DNA from: Anaeromyces robustus
Taxonomy: Eukaryota
DNA length: 64,000 bases
Assembly (NCBI GenBank): GCA_002104895.1
Contig: MCFG01000042.1
Span: 1-64,000, forward strand
Direction: 5' to 3'
Shown here: positions 1-11,814 of the stretch, piece after piece
How positions within the stretch are numbered: the stretch's first letter is position 1
Layout: every line of letters starts with the position of its first letter
Translations under genes and position numbers: made by a program
Notes under the pieces: model-generated
Told to the model about the DNA's origin: nothing
What the model saw: the letters and a program-made list of their open reading frames with translations, nothing else
Databases searched by the model: none

Positions 1-414
1 AGCAAATCATCAAGTTTTATGAAGTCTGTTCTTCTCTACAGAGTAAAACTTTATGTTGACCGAGAACCAAACACTTCATTAGTTGTTTTCGTTAGTAGGA
101 ATAATTATGAGTGTTATGAGTGTGCACGTTATGAATTAAAAAAAATCCGACGATTCAGGATTATACTAATAATTATATTAGAGTTTGTTCAGGATTTCCT
201 AGAAATGGGGAGAGAGAGCTCAATATTAGTGATTTTGAAAGGCATAGGATTCTGGGGATTGGATGATTATAATAGTTTTCTTTTAACGTGCTACGAAAAT
301 AACTATTTACATTGTAACTTTCCCGATGAACCCATTTTTAGAATGTTTAGATTATTTGATTATTGTATCAAAAAAGATATTAAAAAATATTCTGATCATG
401 ATTATGTTCATTAA
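1..414 (+). CDS. Hypothetical protein, possibly 5'-truncated by the window edge
   Basis: The frame is open from base 1 (first ATG at 19) to TAA at 412-414. The sequence is non-repetitive and more GC-rich than its flanks. No motif recognised. Confidence 0.35.
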   Translation, partial: SKSSSFMKSVLLYRVKLYVDREPNTSLVVFVSRNNYECYECARYELKKIRRFRIILIIILEFVQDFLEMGRESSILVILKGIGFWGLDDYNSFLLTCYENNYLHCNFPDEPIFRMFRLFDYCIKKDIKKYSDHDYVH

Positions 415-1405
415 AAAGAAGAGAAAAGAATAAATTTTTTTTTATAAATAAAAATTCAAAAAGCCCATGAAATAAATCAATTATTTATTTAATAATAAAA
501 AAAGAACTACTAATAATAAACATTATTAAAAAGAAAAAAAAAATATAAATTATAATTAAATTAAAGAGAAAAAAAAAATTTTTTTATATATAAATGAAAA
601 TTCATAAATCTCTATTAAATAGTCAAGTATTTATTTAAAAAAAAAGAAATAAAGAAAAAAAATTATCAATAATAAGTATTATTCAAAAAAGAAAAATAAA
701 AAAAGAATAGAATAGAAACTAGAAACTTTTTATTCTAAATAAATAAAGTACAAAAAAAGAAAAAAGTAACAATTAATAACAATAATAATCTAAAAAAAAA
801 AAAAAAAAAAAAAAAAGAAAAAATAAAAAATAAAAATAAAAAAAAAAAGACACAATTATTTCATGTGATATTTTCATTTATTTTTATGTTATATTACTAA
901 TAATTAATTTTTATTAATATGGAAAAAAAATAAAATTTTATTATTTTTTATTTTTTTTCTCATTTTAGAAATAAGAATGAAAAAAATACCCCGTATTAAA
1001 TAAGTAAATAATAAATAAATAAGTAAATAATAAATAAATAAATAAAATATAAATATATAAGTGAATAAATAAATAATTTTTTTTTTATTTTTACTTTAAT
1101 ATTTGGTATTATCATACCAAGTTTTAATATATTTTCATCAGTTTTTTTCCTTTTTTAATCTATTATATTAAAATTTTTTTTTCTTTTTTAAGTTTTTCTT
1201 TCGAGTACAAAACTTAAATTTTTATAAAGGTACAAGAACAGCATTGCATTTTTCTCAATACATTTTTATTGTTATTATTATTATTATTATAATTAATTTT
1301 ATAATTTTAATAATAATTTTTACCCAATTTTTAATTATGATAAATTATGATAAAATGAGTACAAAAATAAAGATGGATATTATACATAAAATGTTTTCAA
1401 ATAAT

Positions 1406-1464
<59 letters not shown>

Positions 1465-1813
1465 CTTATTTATTTATTATATAATACATAAAAAAAAAAA
1501 AAAAGATACATTTCAAATTACTATTATTTATTTATATATTTATTTATTATTCATTTTTTTTTTTTTTTCGAGAGGGGGTCTGTTTAAAATTTTATCTGTA
1601 GTTAATTTGATAAGTAAAAAATGTTCGATTTTTACTAAAATTATTTAATATATATAAAAATAGCAAAAAATAAAAATACGAATAACAAATATATCTATGA
1701 AAAAAAAAATATTGACAAAATATATTTTGTTTTTTTGTTTTTGTTTTTGTTTGGTTTGGTTTTAAAATACATCCTAACTTCAAATAATTTTTTGTAATAA
1801 TTACTACTAATAG

Positions 1814-3521
1814 TTATTCATTATAATCCGTAATTCCTCCTGTAGAAATAGCATACACGGCTTTTTTTTTTTTAGAATACGCATAAAAAATATAAATAAA
1901 TAGTGATTATATAATTAACACAAATAATAATTTATATTTTAATATATCATAACTTGTGTTCATAATTCTTTTATCATTATTATTAATATTATTCAAAGAA
2001 AAAAAAAAATAAAAAAAAAAAAAAACCTTCTGCCTCAGGAACATCTGGTGAATCATATATTTTAGCAATTCTAGATTCACCTCTTCCTTTTCTTAATGAT
2101 AAACGAGTTGTTGAAGCTGTTAAAATAAATAAAAAATGAAAAAATGAAAAAAAGATTAATAATATTAATATAAAATATTAATCATAATTACTCAAAAAAA
2201 AAAAAAAAAAAGAACTATATATAATATATAACAAACAAAATATTTATATATATATATAAAAACTATAAAATATAATATATTAATATATAATTACCATGGG
2301 CAAGAACATGACCACCTACAGGTTTTTTTGGATCAGCAACAAAAGTAATACCAGCAGAAGGATCTGAACACATCTTTTTTTTTTTTTTTTTTTTTTTTTT
2401 TGCATAATAAATATATTTATATATATAAAAAAAAAAGATATTTCAATTAATATTAATATTTATTATTATAATTTATAAATATGATTCCTATAGATATTAT
2501 GCTATTCTTTTTTATTCTTTTTTATTCTTTTTTTTTATTATTATTCATTCTTTTTATTTATTTATTAACTAATTAATTAATTAATTACTTGATTAGTAAT
2601 CCAAACAGCGACATTATATTCTTCAGCAATCTTTGTTAATCGAGATAGCATAAATCCTAATTTTTGTTGTCTTTCTGATAATTCACCACGACCATTATAA
2701 TCAGTTCTAAATAATGCAATGATAGAATCAATAATCTATAATTAATTTATTATTTTATTAATATCAATTAATATCCATCATTATTATAAATTAGAAAAAA
2801 ACATAATAAATATGATTTTTATTAAATAAATTAATAAATATATGTATATTATATTATTTATAGTATTTATAGTATATGATATATTATTACAATATATATT
2901 ATATAATTGATTTTTTTTTGGTTATTATCTTTGACTATTTTAAAACGAAATGAAAAAAAAAAAGAAACTTAACTAATAATTTAAATATTCCTTTTTCTTG
3001 AGCAAATCTAGCAGCTAATTCATATATTAATTCCATTTGATGTTCACTAGTTAATGCTCTAGCTACTAAAATATTTTCTAAAGCTTGATCTTTATCTACA
3101 CCAAAACGTTCTGCAATATCTTTTATTCTTTCGGGTCTTTTTTAATGATTAATAGAAAAGAAGAAAAAGAAAAAAAAAAAAGAAAAATATATAATATATA
3201 ATATATATAATTAAAGATAAAAAATTAATCAATCAGTTAATTTTTTTTTTTTTTTTACTATAGTTTATATATTTCTTAATTTATAAAATATGATACAATA
3301 GGGTTTTTTTCTAATACTTATTTGAAATATAAAACTTTATTATATAATTATAATTATTTTTTTTTAATATTACCTAAAAGTTCCTTCGGTATCAATAAAT
3401 GCAACTTTACCATTAGCACCTCCCATAGATACTGGTAATTGACATGTAACGCATAAAGTATGAGAAAGTTGAGTTTTACCTGTTCTAAATTCACCTATAT
3501 CATAATAATAATAATATATTA

Positions 3522-3553
<32 letters not shown>

Positions 3554-4109
3554 ATTATCATTAGTAGTATTAGTATTAGTATTATTAGTATTATTAGTAT
3601 TGTTATTATTATTATTAGTATTATATTTTACCGAAAACTTCAGTGATTGACATGGTTTGTACACCTCCTGTATATATTATATACAATATTTATAAATTAA
3701 CATTAATAATATTCTAATTATTATTAAGATAAAAATATATATATTTAAATATAATAATAATAATAATTAGAATAAAATTTACCACCAATAAGTTTATCTA
3801 ATTCTTTACTTCCAGTAGTAATTTTCACTACCATATCTCTTCTTATACTCATTTCTTTTCCAGTAATAAAACCTGAAGGAACAATTTTATTACATGCATC
3901 TCTAATTTTTTCTACTTTAGCTTCACTTAAACCTTTAATTTTTTGTAAATTTTTACAAGTTGTTGATAAAACTGACTATTATTATTATTGTATATATATA
4001 TGTATTAAATAAAAAAAAATATAAAGGATTGATAAATATTTAATAATAATAATCATAATAATTATTTTAATAATAATAATATATTATAATTATTATTTAT
4101 TATTATTAA

Positions 4110-4155
<46 letters not shown>

Positions 4156-4743
4156 GATATTGTTGTTGTTGATGCCATATATTTTAATATTTTGTTCTGT
4201 CATTACGAATAATATCAAAATTTAATACATGGTTTTATGTTTTATATTGTCATGATTTCGAATTAATTTTTGTTATTACTATATTTAATATCTTTTTATT
4301 TTTTTTTTTTTATTTTTCATTTATTTATATATACCTTGACTGTACAAATACCAGCTGATTTTAATTTTTGAATATCTGCTGCGCTAATACCTTGTTGTTG
4401 TAATTCTTCAATTTCAACAAAAGTAATCTTATAAATAAGAATATTAAAAAAAATTTTTTTTATTATAGATAATAATAAATATATATATTATTTATATAAA
4501 GTATTTTATTTTATTATATTAGTTTTATATATATATATTTTATAATTAAATACAATAATTAAATATAATAATTAAATATAATAATTAAATATAATAATTA
4601 AATATAATAATTAAATATAATAATTAAATATAATAATTAAATATAATAATAATATTATTATTTACTTCCTCATATTCTTCTTCTTCTTCTTCTATGACGT
4701 TTTCAACAAAATTATCTTCATCAATAACTACTTGATCTCCCAT
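1814..4743 (-). CDS. DMC1: Meiotic recombinase Dmc1 (RecA/Rad51 family), 10 exons, ~348 aa
   Basis: Exons 4743-4666, 4427-4335, 3975-3783, 3667-3632, 3494-3374, 3136-2974, 2735-2589, 2373-2295, 2116-2027, 1860-1814; all GT-AG and in phase. Walker A is GEFRTGKTQ and Walker B is LLIIDS. Dmc1-type segments: [72 protein letters not shown]. Confidence 0.92.
4553..4650. repeat. ~13-bp minisatellite (ataattaaatata)n in DMC1 intron 1
   Basis: About seven tandem units are visible. Confidence 0.75.
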
Positions 4744-5774
4744 GTTTCTTTTTATATTTTTTCTTCTATATAATATTTATTTATTTATTTATTTATTTAT
4801 TTATTATTGTTGTTGTTGTTGTTGTTAATTATAATTTTAAATATTATTAAAAAAAATAAAATAAAATCAAGTAGAAAAAAAAAGAAATTATTATAATTTT
4901 TATATTTAGTTGAAAATTTTTTATGCTTATAATAATTATTTAATATAAATTCTCATACATATTTTATTCTTTTTATTGAAATTTAATTATTTAATATTAT
5001 TAAAAAAAAATTCTTTTTTTCTTTAATTAAAAAAAATTACGTCATATTTTTTTAAAATTATTCATTTTTTTTCTTAAAAATATACACATAATAAATAATA
5101 TAAAATAAAATATATTTAAAATTATTTTATAATAAATATTATAATTATATAAATAAGTTCATTTTTATTTATAATTCTTTTTTTTTTCTTTCTTTCTTTT
5201 TTTTTTAAAATATAACTCACTGTTAACTTTATATTATATTTTAATATAATATTCATTATAATATTCGTTCATTTTCTAAATTTAGTGGTATATATATCAA
5301 GTTTTTAATGATAAAAAAATTATTTTTGATTAAATTTGCTTAATCAATGGGTCCGATATGGATTGGTCATATATATTGTTATGTTAATAAATAGTTTAAC
5401 TTTTTATCGTTATGATAAAAAAAATAATAAGTATAATAAATATTAATATTATCAAAAAAAAATAAATTCTTAGAAAAAAAAATAAAAAATAAATATTTGA
5501 AAAATAAATATAAATAAAGTAACATATCTATATATATTTAATAAGAAATACAAAAATATATATATTTATATAATATTAGCTAGTAACAATAATAATAATA
5601 GCGATAATAAAACAAAAAAAAAACAAAAAACAAAAAAAAAAAAAAAAAAAAAACACTAAACCCGAAAAAAAAAGTAATAATTAGAATATAATTTAAAAGA
5701 TATAAAAAAATATGTTAGGGAGAAATAATAATAACATCATGGCAATATGACAATATCAAATACAACAAGGAGAT

Positions 5775-5990
5775 TAATAATGAATAATAATAATAATAAT
5801 AAATATTGAATAATAATTAATAATAAATAATGAATAATAATAATGAATAATGAATAATGAATAATGAATAATGAATAATGAATAATGAATAATAATTATT
5901 AATAATAATAATAATGAATAATAATAATGAATAATGAATAATAATTAATAATAATAATAAATAATGAATAACAATTAATAATAATAATAA
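5775..5990. repeat. (aataatg)n/(aat)n degenerate tandem repeat
   Basis: 7-mer tandem units are visible in the intergenic region between DMC1 and the acetyltransferase. Confidence 0.7.
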
Positions 5991-6070
5991 CTGAAATGTT
6001 ATAACTACAATGTGAAAAAAAAGTAAAAAAGGAAAATGAATATATACTCAATTAACATCAGTAATAACAG

Positions 6071-6167
6071 TAATTATATAATAATGTAATGTACTATGCT
6101 AGAAGGTTTAATGCAAAAAAAAAACCTCTAGCCTTATAATGCTGTACATTACATTATTATATAATTA
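6071..6167. repeat. Inverted repeat: perfect 24-bp arms plus an inner stem
   Basis: 6071-6094 taattatataataatgtaatgtac is the exact reverse complement of 6144-6167. The inner gctaga(a)ggttt pairs with aaacctctagc. Confidence 0.85.
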
Positions 6168-6314
6168 AAATACCAATATGAGACATCTACATTATTAAAT
6201 ATTAATGTATTAAATTTTCATATATTATCATATACATTTACATAATTTAATAAAAATATATTATGTATATATATATAAAATCTCAAAATCAAATTCATTG
6301 TTAATAATTTGTAT

Positions 6315-6384
<70 letters not shown>

Positions 6385-6402
6385 TTATTTATTTATTTAT
6401 TT

Positions 6403-6442
<40 letters not shown>

Positions 6443-6522
6443 TTTTTTTATTTACTTTTATTTTTTTTTTATTTTTATTATTTTATTTTAACAAAATAAA
6501 AAAAGATAAAAATAAAAATAAA

Positions 6523-7091
6523 ATGGATAAAAAAAATCTTTTACCTGAACGTGAATATAAAGCATGGGATAAAGAACTTGTTGAATCTCGTAAAAAAGCT
6601 TCTATTGCCACTATTAAATTCAATACAACAGTGATTTTGAAATTCTTAAAAAATTATTTGAAGATGATTTAGAAAGTGTTATTATTACCCCTCCATTACA
6701 TTGTAACTATGGTGGAAAACATATTAAATTTGGTAAAAAAGTATTTATCAACGCCAATTGTACTTTTCAACCAGCAGGTGGTGTAGAATTTGGAGATGAC
6801 GTATTCGTAGGAAGTGATGTTAAATTTTATACTACCATTCATCCTATTGATCCTGAAGAAAGAGCTGCTGGAAAAGCATTCGTAAGACCAATAAAAATTG
6901 GTAATAAAGTATGGATTGGTGGTAATGTTACTATTTTACCTGGTGTTGAAATTGGGGAAGGAACAACCATTGGTGCAGGTGCCGTTGTAACCCGTAGTAT
7001 ACCTGCACGTTGTGTAGCTGTTGGAAATCCATGTAAGGTTTTAAGATATTTAGACGACCAAAAAAAAATAAAACAAAATAAAATAAAATAA
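6523..7091 (+). pseudogene. Maltose/galactoside O-acetyltransferase (left-handed beta-helix, Maa/LacA-like), intronless, with one frameshift (pseudogene or assembly indel)
   Basis: ATG 6523 gives MDKKNLLPEREYKAWDKELVESRKKASIATIKFNTT. The -1 frame continues DFEILKKLFEDDLESVIITPPLHCNYGGKHIKFGKKVFINANCTF...HPIDPEERAAGKAFVRPIKIGNKVWIGGNVTILPGVEIGEGTTIGAGAVVTRSIPARCVAVGNPCKVLR, with a stop at 7089-7091. These are classic Maa motifs. The shift lies between ~6618 and ~6670. Confidence 0.85.
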
Positions 7092-8379
7092 AATAAAATA
7101 CAATACATGAATAACATAAAATATTAAAAATAAAATATATTAAATGAATAGTATAAAACATTAAAAAGGAAAATGTTATTTAATGAATTATCCATCATTA
7201 AAACAAAAACATAAACATATTCAATGAATTATAAAACAATTCAAGAAAAAATAAAAAGAATTTAATAACAATATAATAATTTTTATTATGACCTATCATA
7301 TTCTTCTATTATTATTATAGAAATTTTTAACTAATTCTTTAGTATTCATTTATGACAAAATTTATATATATTAAAAAGATTCTTTTTTTTTTTTTTCCAG
7401 CAGAATAATTTTACCCAAGAATTATAAAGTAACAAAACATAATTCATTTCTTTTTCAAATATATAAATAATTAATTCTTTTTATTTATTACTTTTTATCA
7501 AATACTTTCTTGGGCAACAAATAAAAATTTAATTAACAACAAATAAATTTTTAAAAATAATAATTATTATATATTATTATAATTTTTGAATATTTAAATA
7601 TCTTTAAAATATTGCATTAATAAATAAATATATAAATATATATATATATATAATTTTATATTAATTTCCTTATTATAATATTATTGTTTTAATTATAAAA
7701 AAGTTATTATTTTATATAATGTATCATTTTTAATATATATGGTTTTATATGATTTATTATTATATCGCATTTATATTTTTATTATAATTGTATGTTACTT
7801 TTTCGTATTTTTAACTTTATTTTTTTTTTTTATTTTTTTTTTATTTTCGACGAATATTTTTGACAATTGATTCATAACTGTTATATACATACATACCAAT
7901 TATTTATTTTATTTATCTATATAAAAATTCAATATTTTTAATACTAATGATAGAATTTCATAATACTCTAATAAATAATACTCTAATAAATAATACTATA
8001 ATAAATAATATTATATATTTAAAAAAAAATTTTTTTTTTATATTTTTCAGTTAATTTTATTTTTAATGAGATTTACTAAAAAAGGAAAATATTAAATGTT
8101 TATATATACAAAAAAATAAGCAAACCTCATGTCACTAATTAATAAAGAAACAAAAAAAAAAAAAAATTGAAATCAAATAAATGGATTTAAAGTTAATTAA
8201 TAAAAATAAATTAAAATTTTGAAAAGTATTTCCTTAATTTAATAAAATAAACTTTTTTATTGTTATTTAAAAAGATAATATTTGTTTTTTTTTTAGGAAT
8301 TGGTAACCATTCTTTATCCTTCAATTTTTTCATTTCCATGATCAGACTTCCGTGTGTTCCAATTTTTCATCAATCAATA

Positions 8380-8449
<70 letters not shown>

Positions 8450-8706
8450 CTAATTAAAATAAAAAATAGTAATAAGATAACGATAAATAATGATAATACA
8501 AAACACTAAAAATACAATTAAAACATATAAAAACAATAAAAAAGTATAATAATAAAATAATAATGATTAATATTAATATTAAAAAGTATTATTAAACTAT
8601 ATATTAAAAAAAAAATTTATAAAAATATAAAAATTTTGACAACGTCAGGTAGCAATAACTTTATTTACTAATTATTTATTTGATAATGGATAGGATTACT
8701 ATTAAC

Positions 8707-8741
<35 letters not shown>

Positions 8742-11700
8742 AAAAAGTAAACAAAAATTATTTAATCAACTAATTATACATAAATATAACATATTCAATA
8801 ATGTTTAGTATGCTAAGTAGTTTAAAGATAATTAATTAAAAAAATAAATTATTATCTGTATATAAATATTTATATATATTTTTTAAAGTTATATCATATT
8901 ATAATATAGCGTTTTTATTGTGTTACTATTAATTGTTATTTAATTATTAATAAAAATCATTCATACTATAATAAAAAAAATATACAAATTTAAAAAATAT
9001 ATAATATATCAATATACAATATATTCAATAATCAATAAATAAATAAATAATAAATAAATAAATAAATATGAATAGTTAAATAAATAAATAAATACTTAAA
9101 TAAATAAATAAATTGTTTATGAAAGAAATTATTAACAAAAAATATATTTTATAAATGTGATCTGTAATAAAAAAAAAAAGGAATGATTTTCAATAATTTT
9201 TAAATATTGATATTTAGTTATTCCTTTTAACCAATGATTATTCAGGAATGTAACGTAAACTTTTCCTTTTTCAAAAAACTTTAAATTGAAAAAAATTTTT
9301 ATTATTATAATTATAAAAGTAAATTAATTAATAATAATTAATAATAAAAATGATTTGATTAAATCATTGGTAAAGACGAAAAAATTAATAAATGAATAAA
9401 TAATTAATAAATAAATAATTTTGATTATTAATAAAAAAATATATATATATTAATATATTAAAACAGTTTAAATATATATATTGAACATATATATAAAAAT
9501 ATATAATATTATTAAATAATTTACATAAAAATAAATCAATGAATAAATTAATATATATTAAATAAATAAATGAATATGATATTATGATATTATTAATCAT
9601 AAATTTTTTTAACAACTTTAAAATATTAACCATATGGAATATCTTTTTCTATTATAATAGATAATATGAGCGCATTTAATTTCCACTCTTTTTATTTTAT
9701 TACCCTATATTTATTAATTGTATAAAAGGAAATATTTTTTTTTGTTATGAATAATGTTAGGGAAAAAAGGATAAAAAAAATTAAAGAAAAAATAAAAAAA
9801 AAAATGTTTTACATACTATTTGATGTACATATATGTATATATATTTAAGAAATTAAGCAGAATTAATAGTAAATATAAAATAAAGAAATTTTAAATAATA
9901 TTACAAGATGACTTTTATTTTATTATAATATTAGTATCATAATAGTATTGTTATAATTAAAAATATAGTAAATTTTAAAATCAATATCAAAAGCCATCTT
10001 TTTTTAAAAATAAAAAATTAATAAGTTATGGTTTAAAAAAATACATATATGATGTTTATAACTATATAATATAGTGTGATGATGTGACAGACTAGTTTAA
10101 TTATTAATAAATATTTTATAATAATAATTAAACCAATTTTTAGACTGATCCATTAAAAAAATATTTTTTTCAAATCCTTTTTTTTTATTTATTTATTAAT
10201 AATAGTGCCATTTTTTAAATCTTAAATTTCTGTTTAAATTTTTAATTCTCATTTTTTTTTTACTTTTAAAATATTTAAGATTCATTCATTATTAATTAAA
10301 AAATATTAATATTCAATATTATTTTTAATATTAATATTAATATTAATCTTTAATTATTTTTAATTTTTAATTTTTAATATTAGCTTTTTTTTCCATCTCA
10401 TCTAAAAAAAAAAAAAAAATTAATTGTACAATATATAATATATAGTATAAAATATATTAGATTATTTTGTAATATATTATATGAATATATTTTAATAAAT
10501 AATTTTAATAAATATTTAAAATTAATAATATTAAATTTTTTATTAATAAAAAAAAAAGTATTTAAATCTATAAAAAGCATCTTTTTTTTTTTTTTTTTTT
10601 TTTTATTTTTAATATTTTATTTTATTTTATTAATAATAATATTGAAATATATTTTACAATAAATTATTTTCAATTCTACCAAACTTTTTTCAATATATTA
10701 ATATAAATTAATTCAATTATAAATTTTCATCATAAAAATCAAATAGTACATTATTGTTGTACAATTACATTTTAATATACATTACATTTATTTAATTCAA
10801 TATTCCAAAACATTTTTATTATAATATAATATATAAATATATATATAAATTCCTATAAAATATATAACGCTTTATATTGTTATTATATAATTAATTTAAT
10901 CTAAAATCAATTTCTTTTATTAATTAAATATAAAAAGTAATTATATAATAGAATATTAATAGTAATAATATTAATAAATTATTAACAAATAAATATTAAA
11001 ATAAGTTTAATAATATATATTATCCATCAACATATTTAAATAAATAGATAAATAAATATAATCTAAATAAATATAATCTTCTATTACTTATTTATTTCTT
11101 TTTTTTTCTTTTTTATACTTGTCAAATATCAATTATTTTTTCGCCAAAATCACAAATCAGAAACCAAAACTATAATAATATTAGAAAAATAATAATAATA
11201 ATTACATATTTTTTATATAAATAAATAAAATATTTAATAAAAAAGTATTAATCAATTATATTTATTCAAAATAAATAGATAAATAATTAATAAATAGATA
11301 AATAATTAAATAAATCAAATATTATTTAAAAAGATAAATAATTAATAAATATTAAATATTTAATTAGTAAAAAAAAAAATTAATAATAATTAAATATTAA
11401 AAAATTTAAAAAAAAAAAAAAATTTTTTTTCTCTTTACACATATTTTATTCAACAAGTTATTAATATCATTTTAATATATAATTATTAAGGTAAATTTAT
11501 TTAATAAATAATAATAAAGCAAGTAATTTTAAGATTTCTTTATTTTATAGTTGAAATTTTCAATTAGATTTCTCATAAAATACTAAAAAAAAAGTATTTA
11601 TAATAAAAAGAATCAAAATAAAAAATAAAATATATAAGAAATCTATAATATACATATAAATAATCAATATTTATTATTCAAATCAGTTTATACAGAAAAT

Positions 11701-11814
11701 TTAAAACTTATCCATCCATTAATAAAATATTAATTTTTATTTTATTATATTTAATTTATATATATATATTTCATTGCATTCTTTTTTTATACAAATAAAA
11801 AAGTTATAAATAAT

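Noticed and set aside
1814..4743. RAD51 as an alternative call
   Set aside because: Diagnostic segments (SEHQMEL, ERQQKL, SDP..., HVLAHAS, DSPDVPE) match the Dmc1 pattern better than Rad51 (DHQ, ARQMHL, AQVDG, NIIAHAS, DSPCLPE).
5325..5372. Small GC-richer patch with a short stem and ATTGG (reverse CCAAT); a similar patch lies at 43255-43320
   Set aside because: These are plausible promoter elements but too short to support from sequence alone. No tRNA or snRNA pattern.
6839..7161. Minus-strand ORFs of 92 and 76 aa
   Set aside because: They are antisense shadows of the acetyltransferase. The same applies to shadow or alternative-frame ORFs at 11921, 18385, 39874, 40287, 47134 and 49504.
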